Positions 8,366 through 18,253 of a DNA stretch of 64,000 nt are shown piece after piece. Position 1 is the first letter of the stretch; the number at the start of each line of letters is the position of its first letter. Location of the stretch: positions 41,645 to 105,644 of the forward strand of contig CAXBLU010000007.1 in NCBI GenBank assembly GCA_963976815.1, given 5' to 3'. Source of the DNA: an uncultured Pseudomonadales bacterium. GTDB lineage: Bacteria; Pseudomonadota; Gammaproteobacteria; Pseudomonadales; Azotimanducaceae. Both the position numbers and the translations under genes were made by a program. The notes under the pieces are model-generated. The model had not been told where the DNA came from, did no database searches, and saw only the letters and a list, made by a program, of their open reading frames with translations.

Positions 8366-9067
8366 ATGGCCAAGCGCATTGCCATCGTCGAGGATGATCC
8401 CGACCAGCGCAACAATTATGTTGATGCCATTACCAAGAAAGGATACGAAGTTACTGCCTACAGTAATCGTCGAGACGCCATCGCTGGATTCGAACACGAT
8501 TTGCCGGAACTCGCAATTCTAGACATCATCTTAGGAGATGAAGTGGATGCGGGTTTCGAAATCTGCAGAGACCTGCTTTCTCGCTCACCCAGCTTACCGG
8601 TCATTTTTCTCACCGAGAGAATTGCTGAGATAGACAAAATCAGTGGCCTACGGCTAGGCGCCTGGGACTATTTGCCCAAACCCATTTCTCTGGACTATCT
8701 GGCTGAAAGAATTAGCTCTCTGCTCCGCATCAACGAGGCAAGAGGCCAGTCCGGAGCAGCAGGATCAAGCACTGCAAAAATGGTGGGCGATATGTCTATC
8801 GACCAGGAAGCCCTATTAGTTTCCTGGAAAGGTCAGCCCATTAATCTTTCTGGTACCGAATTTCGTATGTTAGCGAAGCTTGTTCGTGTACCTGGCCATG
8901 CCGTTTCCTACGACACTCTGATGAACGCCACTATGCAAAGTCTCGTGACCAATAATACGATCAACACCCACATGCGGAATATTCGTAAAAAGTTCGAGAG
9001 CATTGATTCTGATTTTGATGCAATCAAAAGTGAATACGGCTTCGGCTACCGGTGGTCAGTGAAATAA
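8366..9067 (+). CDS. OmpR/PhoB-family response regulator (receiver plus winged helix)
   Basis: The receiver domain shows IAIVEDDPDQ and LAILDIILGD. The C-terminal trans_reg_C-like domain ends in YGFGYRW. Confidence 0.9.
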   Translation: MAKRIAIVEDDPDQRNNYVDAITKKGYEVTAYSNRRDAIAGFEHDLPELAILDIILGDEVDAGFEICRDLLSRSPSLPVIFLTERIAEIDKISGLRLGAWDYLPKPISLDYLAERISSLLRINEARGQSGAAGSSTAKMVGDMSIDQEALLVSWKGQPINLSGTEFRMLAKLVRVPGHAVSYDTLMNATMQSLVTNNTINTHMRNIRKKFESIDSDFDAIKSEYGFGYRWSVK

Positions 9068-11241
9068 TGAAGTCCAACATCCGGGGGCCGCGACTCGCAA
9101 CCAAACTCTTTATCCTGATGAGTCTAGCGCTGGTTGTCATTCCCTGGTTCAGCTATTCCTATCTTAGTGAGATGGAAGATTTCCTTATTGATTCCCAGGC
9201 GAATGCTCAGCTGTTAACCGCCGAGGGAATTTCAACGCTGCTAAATGGTCACCCAGACTTCATTGAACAATTGCCACAGTCGCCCGAAGGTTATGAGCAA
9301 TTGTATGCCCACCCATTGACAACACCGATTCGAATCGATGGCAAAAGTAACGACTGGGAAGGCATTCTTTCCTACAACGTAAGCTTTGGCGCAGATACCG
9401 ACGAAGACGCTGCCGATAGCAGCAGTGTGCCCAACCAATTCTACCTGGTGCTCGGCGAACACAACGATCAGGTCTACGCACTGCTCCAGGTTAAGGACAA
9501 TGCACTGGTGTTCCGAGATCGAAACATTTTGCGCCTTGATCTGTCCGATCATATCCGTATTACGTTTACCGGGCAGAATAACGAGATTAAAAAGATGGTT
9601 GTGACCATGACCGAACCCGGTGTCACAACGGCTTATATGATGGACCCTGATTGGCGATACGCATTGCAGGGTGTCGCAGAAAACCGCGTCCAGGGTTTCA
9701 TGACCCAAACCGAAGAGGGTTATGCCATTGAGTTCAGAATTCCGCTGGAACTACTAGGTTCGACAAAACACTTTGGTCTGGCCGTGGTTGATGTCGACAA
9801 GCCGGACACCCGCGCAATTGAATCAATCACCGGAACCCTACCATCCGCAGGACGCGAGGCGTTTGGTCTGGTGCTGCTCAAGTCTCCTGAAGTTTTGCGA
9901 ATCGTGGAAGGACTCGGGTATTCCGGCGCAAATATTCAGGTCATTGATGCCCAGCGCAGAGTCAGGGCAGAAGTCGGTAGCTATCAAACCCGCGGGCTAG
10001 AACCTGTCACTGAAGATAAAAGCTGGCTCGATCGTTGGGTAAGCTTCTTTGACAAGATAGTCAGCACTTTTTATGCACAAATGGATGCCAGGTTACGCAA
10101 GACAACCAATTCTGAGTCCGAGGATCAGGTGATTTTGGATGCTCTTGCAGGTAAACCAAGTTATCAAAGGCGCTATTCTGCAACGGAGGGTGAGGTCATT
10201 ATTGCTGCCCATCCAATCATCAATGAAGACGAAGTGATCGGTACGGTTGTACTAAAACAAAACACCAATCGAATTCAACAGCTACGCCAGGATGCTCTGC
10301 AACGTATTGTTAATTTTTCTGTCCTCTCGCTTATTATATTTGTCGTACTCATTCTTGCGTTCTCGGTTCGCCTGGCCCGCCGTATACGAAAATTGGGGGC
10401 AGAAGCAACCAATGCCATCGACATCTATGGGCGATTACAGACGAACCAGTTAAAAAGTGAGACCCGGGCCGGAGACGAAATTGGTGACCTGGCACGCAGC
10501 ATTTCTGGCATGTTGGCAAAGCTCCATCAACACAACCAGTTCTTGGAAAACATGCCACGGACCCTTCGCCACGAGATCAATAACCCACTAAATACCTTGA
10601 GTACCTCCCTGCAAAACCTGGAGTCAGAAACTTCAGAACAAGCCCGGAGCAAATACCTTGAGAGTGCAAAGAGAGGTGTCATACGAATTGGCATGATTGT
10701 GCAAAACCTTGCCGATGCTGCCAATTTAGAGGATGCCCTTGAGTCGGAAGAACTTGAGATTATCGATTTACATAAATTGGTTGAGAGCTATTTGAACAAC
10801 AGTCGCGTGGTCCACGCCAATCGGCAATTTGAGTACCGCGGTACTCAACGGGAAGTTCTAAGTCGAGTATCTGATTATCGTATTGAACAACTACTCGATA
10901 AGCTTGTTGATAATGCTGTAGATTTTTCCCCGGAGGGCAGCACCATCACCGTGGGGTTAACAACCGACAATCAAAACTTAACGCTGTTTGTGACAAACGA
11001 AGGACCGCCGATCCCCAGGGACATGATTGAGAACGTATTCGACTCCATGGTATCAGTGCGAGAAAGTAATCCTGACAATCGGTTACACTTCGGTATGGGC
11101 CTTTACGTTGTCCGAGTGATTGCAGAACATCACCGGGGTAGTGTTGCGGCAACCAACCTGCTGAATGACAAGGGCGTCACAATTAGAGTCACGCTGCCTC
11201 GATATCATCCCCAGGCAGACCACGCTCACGCCGCCGGCTAA
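9067..11241 (+). CDS. sensor histidine kinase with a large periplasmic domain
   Basis: I moved the start to the ATG at 9067, which overlaps the regulator's TAA (TAATG). There are two TM segments (about 9100-9170 and 10304-10375). The H-box is LRHEINNPL (10564-10590) and the HATPase boxes are DKLVDNAVDFS and FGMGLYVVR. Confidence 0.88.
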   Translation: MKSNIRGPRLATKLFILMSLALVVIPWFSYSYLSEMEDFLIDSQANAQLLTAEGISTLLNGHPDFIEQLPQSPEGYEQLYAHPLTTPIRIDGKSNDWEGILSYNVSFGADTDEDAADSSSVPNQFYLVLGEHNDQVYALLQVKDNALVFRDRNILRLDLSDHIRITFTGQNNEIKKMVVTMTEPGVTTAYMMDPDWRYALQGVAENRVQGFMTQTEEGYAIEFRIPLELLGSTKHFGLAVVDVDKPDTRAIESITGTLPSAGREAFGLVLLKSPEVLRIVEGLGYSGANIQVIDAQRRVRAEVGSYQTRGLEPVTEDKSWLDRWVSFFDKIVSTFYAQMDARLRKTTNSESEDQVILDALAGKPSYQRRYSATEGEVIIAAHPIINEDEVIGTVVLKQNTNRIQQLRQDALQRIVNFSVLSLIIFVVLILAFSVRLARRIRKLGAEATNAIDIYGRLQTNQLKSETRAGDEIGDLARSISGMLAKLHQHNQFLENMPRTLRHEINNPLNTLSTSLQNLESETSEQARSKYLESAKRGVIRIGMIVQNLADAANLEDALESEELEIIDLHKLVESYLNNSRVVHANRQFEYRGTQREVLSRVSDYRIEQLLDKLVDNAVDFSPEGSTITVGLTTDNQNLTLFVTNEGPPIPRDMIENVFDSMVSVRESNPDNRLHFGMGLYVVRVIAEHHRGSVAATNLLNDKGVTIRVTLPRYHPQADHAHAAG

Positions 11242-11479
11242 AATGGTTGGCCTGTAAAAACAAATAGAGAATTAGACGAAAAAAGGACAAAAAAAAGCCC
11301 TAACAATTTTGGGGGAGAGGTTAGGACTTAATGGAGCACTAACTTGCAATGGAAGCCTCCAGTTCGCTAAAGGCTCTTTCTCGCTGTCAACCTAACCAGT
11401 GTAAGACTTCAGTATGAAAACACTATGGAGGCAATATGGATTGCTTCATGTGCCTGATTTACAAGAATAAAAGCTTGAT

Positions 11480-11992
11480 TTAGTTGACCACAATTGACGA
11501 ATTTCCAGGCTTTTCTGCAGAAACCCTAAGCTGCCACTCAGCTTTTTTAGCCGCTGCGGCAATAAGCGCAGTCATGGATGCGTTGATATCCCGGTTCATG
11601 GAAAGGTTGATACCCTGCCCAGCTTTGGGCTCAATTCCAAGGTGCAAGATGTCTCCCTCCTGGCGATAGTTCAATCGATAAGCAAGGGGTACCAGATCCC
11701 CCAACGGCATCTCCTCCACCTCTTCTTTGAACTTTTCCTGGAAATTCGCACCCTCCATCGCCTTTTCACGTTTGAAGCTTTGAACCGCCTGTTTCGCTTC
11801 GGGGGTCGCCTGAATGCTTACGTCCGGATCCCCATCGCTGTGGTTTTTTAAAATATTGAGCAGTAACAGGATATAGCGGCGGGTCAGCCACAGTCGAAAC
11901 TGCTTCCCTTCTGCACTATTTACCCGGAACAAGACCCTGTCTTCTTCTGGAATGTAGAGCATTTGCATCTGGCTAATGGCGTTGTCACTCAT
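11480..11992 (-). CDS. hypothetical protein (170 aa)
   Basis: This is a clean ORF with coding-like composition. No domain was recognised by eye. Confidence 0.55.
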   Translation of the reverse strand: MSDNAISQMQMLYIPEEDRVLFRVNSAEGKQFRLWLTRRYILLLLNILKNHSDGDPDVSIQATPEAKQAVQSFKREKAMEGANFQEKFKEEVEEMPLGDLVPLAYRLNYRQEGDILHLGIEPKAGQGINLSMNRDINASMTALIAAAAKKAEWQLRVSAEKPGNSSIVVN

Positions 11993-12067
11993 GGCTCAAC
12001 TCTAATTCAGTTCAGTTAGATCGAAGTATAACCAAAGTACAACCAACCCTGCCCAGCACCACTATCG

Positions 12068-12112
12068 AAAGGTCCAATTTCCAAAGGTTCAATATCCAGA
12101 GGTCCAATATCT
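12068..12112. repeat. 3 x 15 bp tandem direct repeat upstream of the sahR-like gene
   Basis: The three contiguous copies are AAAGGTCCAATTTCC, AAAGGTTCAATATCC and AGAGGTCCAATATCT. Confidence 0.75.
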
Positions 12113-12145
12113 AAATAAGTTGATATAGATTGCGCTTCGCGTACA

Positions 12146-12165
12146 ATATCGAAAATTTTTGATAT
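12146..12165. promoter_or_regulatory. candidate ArsR/SahR-type operator (imperfect 20-bp palindrome)
   Basis: ATATCGAAAA/TTTTTGATAT has 10-bp arms with one mismatch and ends 8 nt before the ATG at 12174. A further TTGATAT half-site lies at 12119-12125. Confidence 0.45.
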
Positions 12166-12173
12166 ACCGATAA

Positions 12174-13139
12174 ATGAATCAGGTCATCCAGGAGAACCAG
12201 ACCGACCAACTGCTGATGTTTTTTAAAGCATCTGCGGATGCCCTGCGCCTCGATATCTTAAGGGTGCTAAGGGTAGAGTCCTTTGGCGTACTTGAGCTAA
12301 GCCACGTATTTAGCATCCCTCAGCCGGCGATGAGCCACCATCTCAAGATCCTATCAACGGCAAACCTTGTGTCTACACGACGTGAGGGCAATTCAATCTT
12401 CTACCGTCGCTCGCTTATTCCAAGTACCGAACCTGAAGCCGGGCTGCTGCGTGCGCTATTTATCGCAATCGATACTGTGCCCGTCGCAACGCATATCCAG
12501 CAGCGGGCCATCGAGGTACACCGGGAACGGGAACTCAGTTCAAAAGCCTTTTTTGATAAGAATGCCGATCGTCTTAAGGAAAACCAGGATCTCATTGCCG
12601 AATTCTCCCATTACGCCGGTTGCCTGCAGGATCTGCTCAATAGCGAGTCCATACCAGGCGATGCCACCGTAATCGAAGTGGGTCCCGGTGAATCACCACT
12701 GTTAGGTGCCCTGCTAAAGGCATTCACCCATGTGACCGCGATCGACAGCTCAGAAGAAATGCTCGAAAAAGCGAAACAGAATCTAGGCAAGAAAGCAGCA
12801 CAAGCAAGCTTCAAGCAGGGCGAGATTTCAGACCTGGAGGCTGATAGAGCTGATTTAATTGTCGTGAATATGGTCCTGCATCACATTGCATCACCGGCAG
12901 TTTTTTTCCTAACAGCCTTCGACAAACTTAAACCCGGTGGCTGCTTATTTATCATGGACCTTTGCCCCCATGGGCAGGATTGGACCCGGGATGTCTGCGG
13001 CGACTTATGGCTAGGCTTTGAATCCGCTGATCTCGAGACCTGGGCGAACGAAGCTAAATTTAACGTTGGTCAAAGCGCCTACCTGGGACTAAAAAACGGT
13101 TTTCAGGTTCAGCTCAAGATGTTTCATAAACCCTCATGA
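12174..13139 (+). CDS. sahR: ArsR-family HTH fused to a SAM-methyltransferase-like domain (SahR-like regulator)
   Basis: The N-terminus is an ArsR-type wHTH (LRLDILRVL...ELSHVFSIPQPAMSHHLKIL). The C-terminal methyltransferase fold carries VIEVGPGESPL. The gene lies directly upstream of ahcY. Confidence 0.6.
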   Translation: MNQVIQENQTDQLLMFFKASADALRLDILRVLRVESFGVLELSHVFSIPQPAMSHHLKILSTANLVSTRREGNSIFYRRSLIPSTEPEAGLLRALFIAIDTVPVATHIQQRAIEVHRERELSSKAFFDKNADRLKENQDLIAEFSHYAGCLQDLLNSESIPGDATVIEVGPGESPLLGALLKAFTHVTAIDSSEEMLEKAKQNLGKKAAQASFKQGEISDLEADRADLIVVNMVLHHIASPAVFFLTAFDKLKPGGCLFIMDLCPHGQDWTRDVCGDLWLGFESADLETWANEAKFNVGQSAYLGLKNGFQVQLKMFHKPS

Positions 13140-13215
13140 ATAAAAAGCACAGATAAAGCACAGCAAAAATACACATAAACCTCATCTAACCCCTCATAAC
13201 CAAAGGATAACCACC

Positions 13216-14580
13216 ATGAGTGAAGACTATAAAGTAGCTGATATCAGCCTGGCCAAATTCGGCCATGCAGAAATCGAATTAGCAGAAGCTGAAATGCCTG
13301 CGTTGATGACTCTGCGCGAAAAGTACAATGCCGAGCAACCACTGGCCGGCGCTAAGATCATCGGCTGCATCCACATGACCATTCAAACCGCTGTCTTGAT
13401 GGACACGCTCGTTGCACTGGGTGCTGAAATTCGCTGGTCCTCCTGCAACATCTTTTCAACGCAGGATCACGCTGCAGCGGCAATGGCAGACAAGGGTATT
13501 CCAACCTATGCCTGGAAAGGCGAAACAGATGAAGAATTCCTCTGGTGCATCGAACAGACAATTCTAGAAAACGGCAAGCCCTGGGACGCCAACATGATTT
13601 TGGATGACGGCGGTGACCTGACGGAAATGATCCACAGCAAATACCCAGAAATGTTAGACAAGATTCACGGCATTACCGAAGAAACCACAACCGGTGTGCA
13701 CCGTCTCTACGAGATGATGGAAGCTGGTGAGTTAAAGGTACCTGCCATTAACGTTAACGATTCTGTGACCAAATCCAAAAATGATAACAAGTACGGCTGT
13801 CGCCATAGTTTGAACGATGCGATCAAGCGCGGCACCGACATGCTTATGGCCGGCAAAAATGCCCTTGTGATTGGCTACGGCGATGTCGGCAAAGGTTCTG
13901 CTGCGAGCTTGCGTCAGGAAGGCATGATTGTTCGTGTTACTGAAATTGATCCAATCTGCGCAATGCAAGCCTGTATGGACGGCTATGAAGTTGTTTCTCC
14001 CTACAAGAATGGAGCTAATACCGGCAAGCTTAGCGACATTGACACAGACCTCATGGGTCGTATTGATATCATTGTGACCTGTACCGGCAACGTCAATGTT
14101 TGTGATGAGAACCTTCTGCGCACCGTTAGCAGAAACGCTGTGGTGTGTAATATTGGCCACTTTGATACAGAGATCGATACCAAATTTATGCGCGACAACT
14201 GGAAGTGGGAAGAAGTTAAACCCCAGGTTGATAAAATCTATCGAAGCGATGATCGAAAAGACTACATCATTCTTCTGTCTGAAGGACGCCTGGTTAACCT
14301 CGGCAATGCGACGGGTCACCCTTCTCGAATCATGGACGGCTCTTTCGCCAACCAGGTCCTTGCACAAATGTATTTGTTTGAACGCAAATGGGCAGATCAT
14401 GATGCTAGCCAACGACAACCCATCACCGTTGAGGTCTTACCCAAAGCCCTTGATGAAGAAGTCGCCAGCTACATGGTAAAAGGTTTCGGTGGTGTTTTAA
14501 CAAAACTGACCTCCGATCAGGCTAAATACATCAATGTACCCGCAGAAGGCCCATTTAAGCCGGAAGCATACAAGTACTAA
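13216..14580 (+). CDS. ahcY: adenosylhomocysteinase (S-adenosyl-L-homocysteine hydrolase)
   Basis: The N-terminus is [27 protein letters not shown], and the NAD-binding motif is [12 protein letters not shown]. The overall length and pattern are typical of AhcY. Confidence 0.93.
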   Translation: MSEDYKVADISLAKFGHAEIELAEAEMPALMTLREKYNAEQPLAGAKIIGCIHMTIQTAVLMDTLVALGAEIRWSSCNIFSTQDHAAAAMADKGIPTYAWKGETDEEFLWCIEQTILENGKPWDANMILDDGGDLTEMIHSKYPEMLDKIHGITEETTTGVHRLYEMMEAGELKVPAINVNDSVTKSKNDNKYGCRHSLNDAIKRGTDMLMAGKNALVIGYGDVGKGSAASLRQEGMIVRVTEIDPICAMQACMDGYEVVSPYKNGANTGKLSDIDTDLMGRIDIIVTCTGNVNVCDENLLRTVSRNAVVCNIGHFDTEIDTKFMRDNWKWEEVKPQVDKIYRSDDRKDYIILLSEGRLVNLGNATGHPSRIMDGSFANQVLAQMYLFERKWADHDASQRQPITVEVLPKALDEEVASYMVKGFGGVLTKLTSDQAKYINVPAEGPFKPEAYKY

Positions 14581-14587
14581 AATGAAT

Positions 14588-14616
14588 CATCCCGCGATCA
14601 TATCGATCGCGGGATG
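14588..14616 (+). terminator. hairpin downstream of ahcY
   Basis: CATCCCGCGATC and GATCGCGGGATG form a perfect 12-bp stem with a 5-nt loop. The downstream U-tract is weak. Confidence 0.4.
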
Positions 14617-14684
14617 AACCGTTTACTTGTAATGAAGGCACAATCCTTGGAGAATCGCGCCTCTCCTAACACTCGATTGATGCA

Positions 14685-15554
14685 ATGAAACCCGAACTCC
14701 AAGACCTCCTTAATCTGCTGGATCTCGAACCGATTGAGGTCAATATCTTCCGTGGTGTGAGCCCTAAAGAAGGTTGGCAGCGTGTCTATGGTGGCCAGGT
14801 TTTAGGTCAGGCTCTGGTCGCAGCCTCTAGAACCGTGGAGGATGAGAATCGGTCCGCCCATTCCCTGCACGGATATTTCTTACGCCCTGGGGACACCACA
14901 ATTCCCATACTCTACGAGGTTGACCGAATTCGAGATGGCAAGAGTTTTACAACCCGTCGAGTCATCGCCACACAACGGGGTAAAGCAATTTTTAGTATGG
15001 CCGTATCTTTTCAGGTCCACGAAGAGGGTTTAGAACATCAATTCCCCATGCCTGAGATCAAACCGCCGGAGCAATGTCCGAGCCAGGCAGAACTCGCAGA
15101 GCGTTTTAAGGATGATATTCCCGAGCAATTCCTCGATCGCGCCAAGAGACCACAACCCATCGAGATGAGATTTGTCGAACCGGTTAACGAATTTAATCCC
15201 GAGAAGATGCCCCCTTATCAACATACCTGGATTCGCGTGGTTGATACCATGCCCGATGATATTCGTCTGAATCAGTGCCTCCTGGCCTACGCATCGGACA
15301 TGACGTTGATTGATACCGCCGCTCGACCCCACGGCATCAGCTGGGGCAACGAAAACTTCCAGGTTGCCAGTCTCGATCACGCCATGTGGTTCCATAAGCC
15401 CTTCAAAACCGATGATTGGCTGCTCTACGCCCAGGATAGCCCCTTTTCCGGCGGTGCTCGCGGTCTAAGCCGAGGTGCCTTCTATGATACTAAAGGCAAT
15501 CTGGTCGCGTCCGTCGCCCAGGAAGGGCTGATGAGACTCCACGAAAAAACATAA
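14685..15554 (+). CDS. tesB: acyl-CoA thioesterase II
   Basis: The N-terminus LLNLLDLEPIEVNIFRG is present, and the double hot-dog size (289 aa) is typical of TesB. Confidence 0.85.
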   Translation: MKPELQDLLNLLDLEPIEVNIFRGVSPKEGWQRVYGGQVLGQALVAASRTVEDENRSAHSLHGYFLRPGDTTIPILYEVDRIRDGKSFTTRRVIATQRGKAIFSMAVSFQVHEEGLEHQFPMPEIKPPEQCPSQAELAERFKDDIPEQFLDRAKRPQPIEMRFVEPVNEFNPEKMPPYQHTWIRVVDTMPDDIRLNQCLLAYASDMTLIDTAARPHGISWGNENFQVASLDHAMWFHKPFKTDDWLLYAQDSPFSGGARGLSRGAFYDTKGNLVASVAQEGLMRLHEKT

Positions 15555-15756
15555 AACAAAGCCGGACAACCTGAAGAAAAGGTCCACAGGCTGGATTAAT
15601 CAATATTTGACTGAATAAGCGGGCCTTATCCGCCCCAATACGTCGCCCTAATCACAATTACCCTGCTGTACAAACGCCCAGTGGCTTTGGATAATGCTTG
15701 GCCGGTCTGTTAACGGCTTAGGATCGATCCCAATTTTTTTGCCATAAGGAATACTC

Positions 15757-16707
15757 GTGCCCGTAAACATTGATGAGAAGCTGGCTAACGTAGGCGTTAT
15801 CGAAGAAAACTTCGAAGCTCTGAATTACATCTGTAACCAGCAGATCGCGACGGCGGTTTTTCTTGCCCACCATTTAGAAAAACCTATCCTGATTGAAGGC
15901 CCTCCCGGGGTCGGTAAGACCGAACTCGCAAAAACTGCGGCTAAAATGTTGGACCTCGAATGCATCAGACTTCAATGCTATGAAGGTCTCGACGAGTCAA
16001 AGGCAATTTATGAATGGAAGTATGGCAAGCAACTACTCTATACCCAGGTACTAAAAGAAACCCTCGGTGAAATTCTCGACGGCGCCTCCGGATTGTCTCA
16101 ATCCGTTGCCAAACTTCATGAGTTTGGCGATATCTTTTTCTCCGATGAATTTCTGGAACCCAGACCACTACTCAAAGCCTTGAGAGCCGAAGAGGGCTGC
16201 GTGCTGCTGATTGATGAAATCGACAAATCTGACCACGAATTTGAATCTCTATTGCTCGAAATGCTATCCGACTTCCAACTCTCGATACCCGAGATTGGCA
16301 CTATTAAGGCCTCTGGAAAACGTAAACCATTGGTTTTCTTAACCAGTAATAATACCCGGGAAATTTCTGACGCACTCAAGCGCCGCTGCCTGCATCTTTA
16401 TATCCCATTCCCCGATGCCAGCCTTGAGAATCAAATTGTCCAGGCACGAGTTCCGGAAATCGCAGAAAAACTCCGGGTTCAGCTGGTTAACTTTATCCAG
16501 GAATTGCGTGACATGGACCTTAAGAAAGTACCTGCCATCAGTGAGACCATCGACTGGGCCAGAACGCTTATCCTGCTTAATTCCGAAGGGCTTGATGCAG
16601 ACCTTGTGAAACAAACCTTGAACGTTATCTTGAAGTTCCAGGAAGACATTGAAACGGTAGAAGCTGAACTACAAAGCGTCACTAACAAGGTACTTAAGGA
16701 AAGCTAG
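15757..16707 (+). CDS. MoxR-type AAA+ ATPase (CoxD-like)
   Basis: The start codon is GTG. Walker A is GPPGVGKTE and Walker B is VLLIDEIDK. The gene is followed 1 nt later by a CoxE-like VWA gene. Confidence 0.8.
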   Translation: MPVNIDEKLANVGVIEENFEALNYICNQQIATAVFLAHHLEKPILIEGPPGVGKTELAKTAAKMLDLECIRLQCYEGLDESKAIYEWKYGKQLLYTQVLKETLGEILDGASGLSQSVAKLHEFGDIFFSDEFLEPRPLLKALRAEEGCVLLIDEIDKSDHEFESLLLEMLSDFQLSIPEIGTIKASGKRKPLVFLTSNNTREISDALKRRCLHLYIPFPDASLENQIVQARVPEIAEKLRVQLVNFIQELRDMDLKKVPAISETIDWARTLILLNSEGLDADLVKQTLNVILKFQEDIETVEAELQSVTNKVLKES

Positions 16708-16708
16708 C

Positions 16709-18157
16709 ATGCTAGACGATACCCTGGTCGACTTTGTTAAGGTCCTGCGTAACGCAGAGCTCAAGGTATCGCCTTCCGAAACACTAGATGCAATGGCATG
16801 CCTGAACGTTGTGGGTATGCAGGACCGAGCATTTCTCAAAAACTCGCTAGCACTGGTGCTTGCTAAAACGCCGGAAGAAAAAGAGGCTTTCGACGACTGT
16901 TTCGAGCGCTTTTTCACCATTGATGCAACGTCGGCGCCATCCGACGATGATGAGAAACACGATGACTACGGCGAGGGTGACGAAGATGCGGAATTCTCCG
17001 GTGACCCCAAAAACTCACAGCCAGGTAAAGGTGGCGGTCAAGGTGGAGGAAGCGGCGAAGCTCAAGACTCGGAAGATCAAGACGGGCTTAAAGCGCAATC
17101 AAAGTTAGGCAAACTCTTAACTGAAGGGAGTCGCACGGACCAAACAATTGCGATTGTTGAAGCCGGCAGAGCGGTCGACGTTAATCAAATTGTTGTCTTT
17201 ACCCAGAAAGGGCTCTATACCCGAAAGATCATGGATGAAATGGGTCTTAAGGGCCTAAATGAAGAGATTACAGATTTACAGGGGCAGTTCGGTCAAGGCC
17301 AGAAGGATCTCGGTCGAAAGCTCACACGGGCACGGGAAGGTCTTAGAGAACGGGTTCGAGATTACGTTGAAAAACAATTCTTTCTCCATGCTGACGAATC
17401 CGGCAAACAACTGCGGGAAGAGTTATTAAGAAAAGTTAAACTATCAAACTTGGAGAAACGCAATTTCAAAGACGTCCAGGAAATTGTTTTTAAGATGGCC
17501 AAAAAGCTCATCTCAATTCACTCTAAGCGTAGAAAGACGACCAAGCGTGGCCAGTTAGATATCAGAAAAACCCTCCGTCACAATATGCAATACGACGGTA
17601 TGTTTTTTGACCTTAAGTGGAAAGCCTCCAAGGTTGATCGACCTAAAGTCATGTGTATATGTGACGTTAGCGGATCAGTGAGCAATTACTCCCGTTTCCT
17701 TCTTATGTTTTTATATAGCCTTGCGGAAGTCTTACCAAAGGTTCGCTCTTTTGCTTTCTCTTCAGATCTAGGAGAAGTTACCCAATTATTCCAAAATACG
17801 GGACTAGAAGAAGCCATGGCTCGAACCATGCGGGACTACGGCAACGGGTCGACTGACTATGGACAAATGCTGCAGGACTTCCGTAGCCACATTATGCAAG
17901 ACGTCGACAACAAGACTACCATCATCATTCTGGGCGATGCTCGAAACAACTACGGAGACGGCAAGTCGGAAATTCTTCGTGAAATGTACGACAAAGCCAA
18001 GCGAGTCATTTGGCTAAACCCTGAACCAAAATCTAGCTGGACTGTTGGTGACGCAGAAATGAAAAAGTATGCACCCTGCTGTCATCAAACCGAGGTTTGT
18101 AATTCCCTCACCCATCTCGAGCGCGTGGTGGGTAACCTACTTCGATCCGCGACCTAG
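16709..18157 (+). CDS. VWA-domain protein, CoxE-like
   Basis: The C-terminal VWA domain has the MIDAS-like motif CDVSGSVS. An acidic, Gly-rich low-complexity linker is present (DDDEKHDDYGEGDEDAEF...GGGQGGGSGE). Confidence 0.75.
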   Translation: MLDDTLVDFVKVLRNAELKVSPSETLDAMACLNVVGMQDRAFLKNSLALVLAKTPEEKEAFDDCFERFFTIDATSAPSDDDEKHDDYGEGDEDAEFSGDPKNSQPGKGGGQGGGSGEAQDSEDQDGLKAQSKLGKLLTEGSRTDQTIAIVEAGRAVDVNQIVVFTQKGLYTRKIMDEMGLKGLNEEITDLQGQFGQGQKDLGRKLTRAREGLRERVRDYVEKQFFLHADESGKQLREELLRKVKLSNLEKRNFKDVQEIVFKMAKKLISIHSKRRKTTKRGQLDIRKTLRHNMQYDGMFFDLKWKASKVDRPKVMCICDVSGSVSNYSRFLLMFLYSLAEVLPKVRSFAFSSDLGEVTQLFQNTGLEEAMARTMRDYGNGSTDYGQMLQDFRSHIMQDVDNKTTIIILGDARNNYGDGKSEILREMYDKAKRVIWLNPEPKSSWTVGDAEMKKYAPCCHQTEVCNSLTHLERVVGNLLRSAT

Positions 18158-18210
18158 TCTCTGTAGTCCTGCCGAGAAAAAGGACTAGCAAAAATAGAGC
18201 AGCAAAAAAA

Positions 18211-18230
18211 AGCCGCGCAATTGCGCGGCT
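18211..18230. terminator. bidirectional intrinsic terminator between convergent genes
   Basis: The hairpin AGCCGCGCAATTGCGCGGCT is flanked by an A-run (18204-18210) and a T-run (18231-18235). Confidence 0.8.
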
Positions 18231-18253
18231 TTTTCGTTTAGTGCTGACTTAAC

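Noticed and set aside
8366-11241. I considered calling this pair the proteobacterial dedicated sortase system regulator and kinase (PdsR/PdsS).
   Set aside because: No sortase or LPXTG-type VWA target gene is adjacent; the neighbouring 170-aa ORF has no sortase features. My recollection of the family signature is too weak to assign it.
11242-11479. I considered a small RNA or terminator in the gap after the kinase gene (A-run, then CCTAAC...GTTAGG).
   Set aside because: The stem is only 6 bp with a 15-nt loop and has no U-tract. That is not enough to call a feature.
13140-13215. I looked for an SAH riboswitch in front of ahcY.
   Set aside because: The spacer is only 76 nt, is A-rich and has no GC-rich pseudoknot-forming segments. 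Regulation by the adjacent SahR-like protein is more plausible.
13732-14418. A 228-aa ORF lies on the minus strand inside ahcY. Similar long antisense ORFs occur at 18789..19373 (in TBDR 1), 33123..33647 (in cobT), 38343..38894 (in leuS) and 9241..9708 (in the kinase).
   Set aside because: Each lies entirely antisense to a gene with unmistakable family motifs. Their translations are low-complexity or compositionally odd and have no recognisable domains. I treat them as shadow ORFs.
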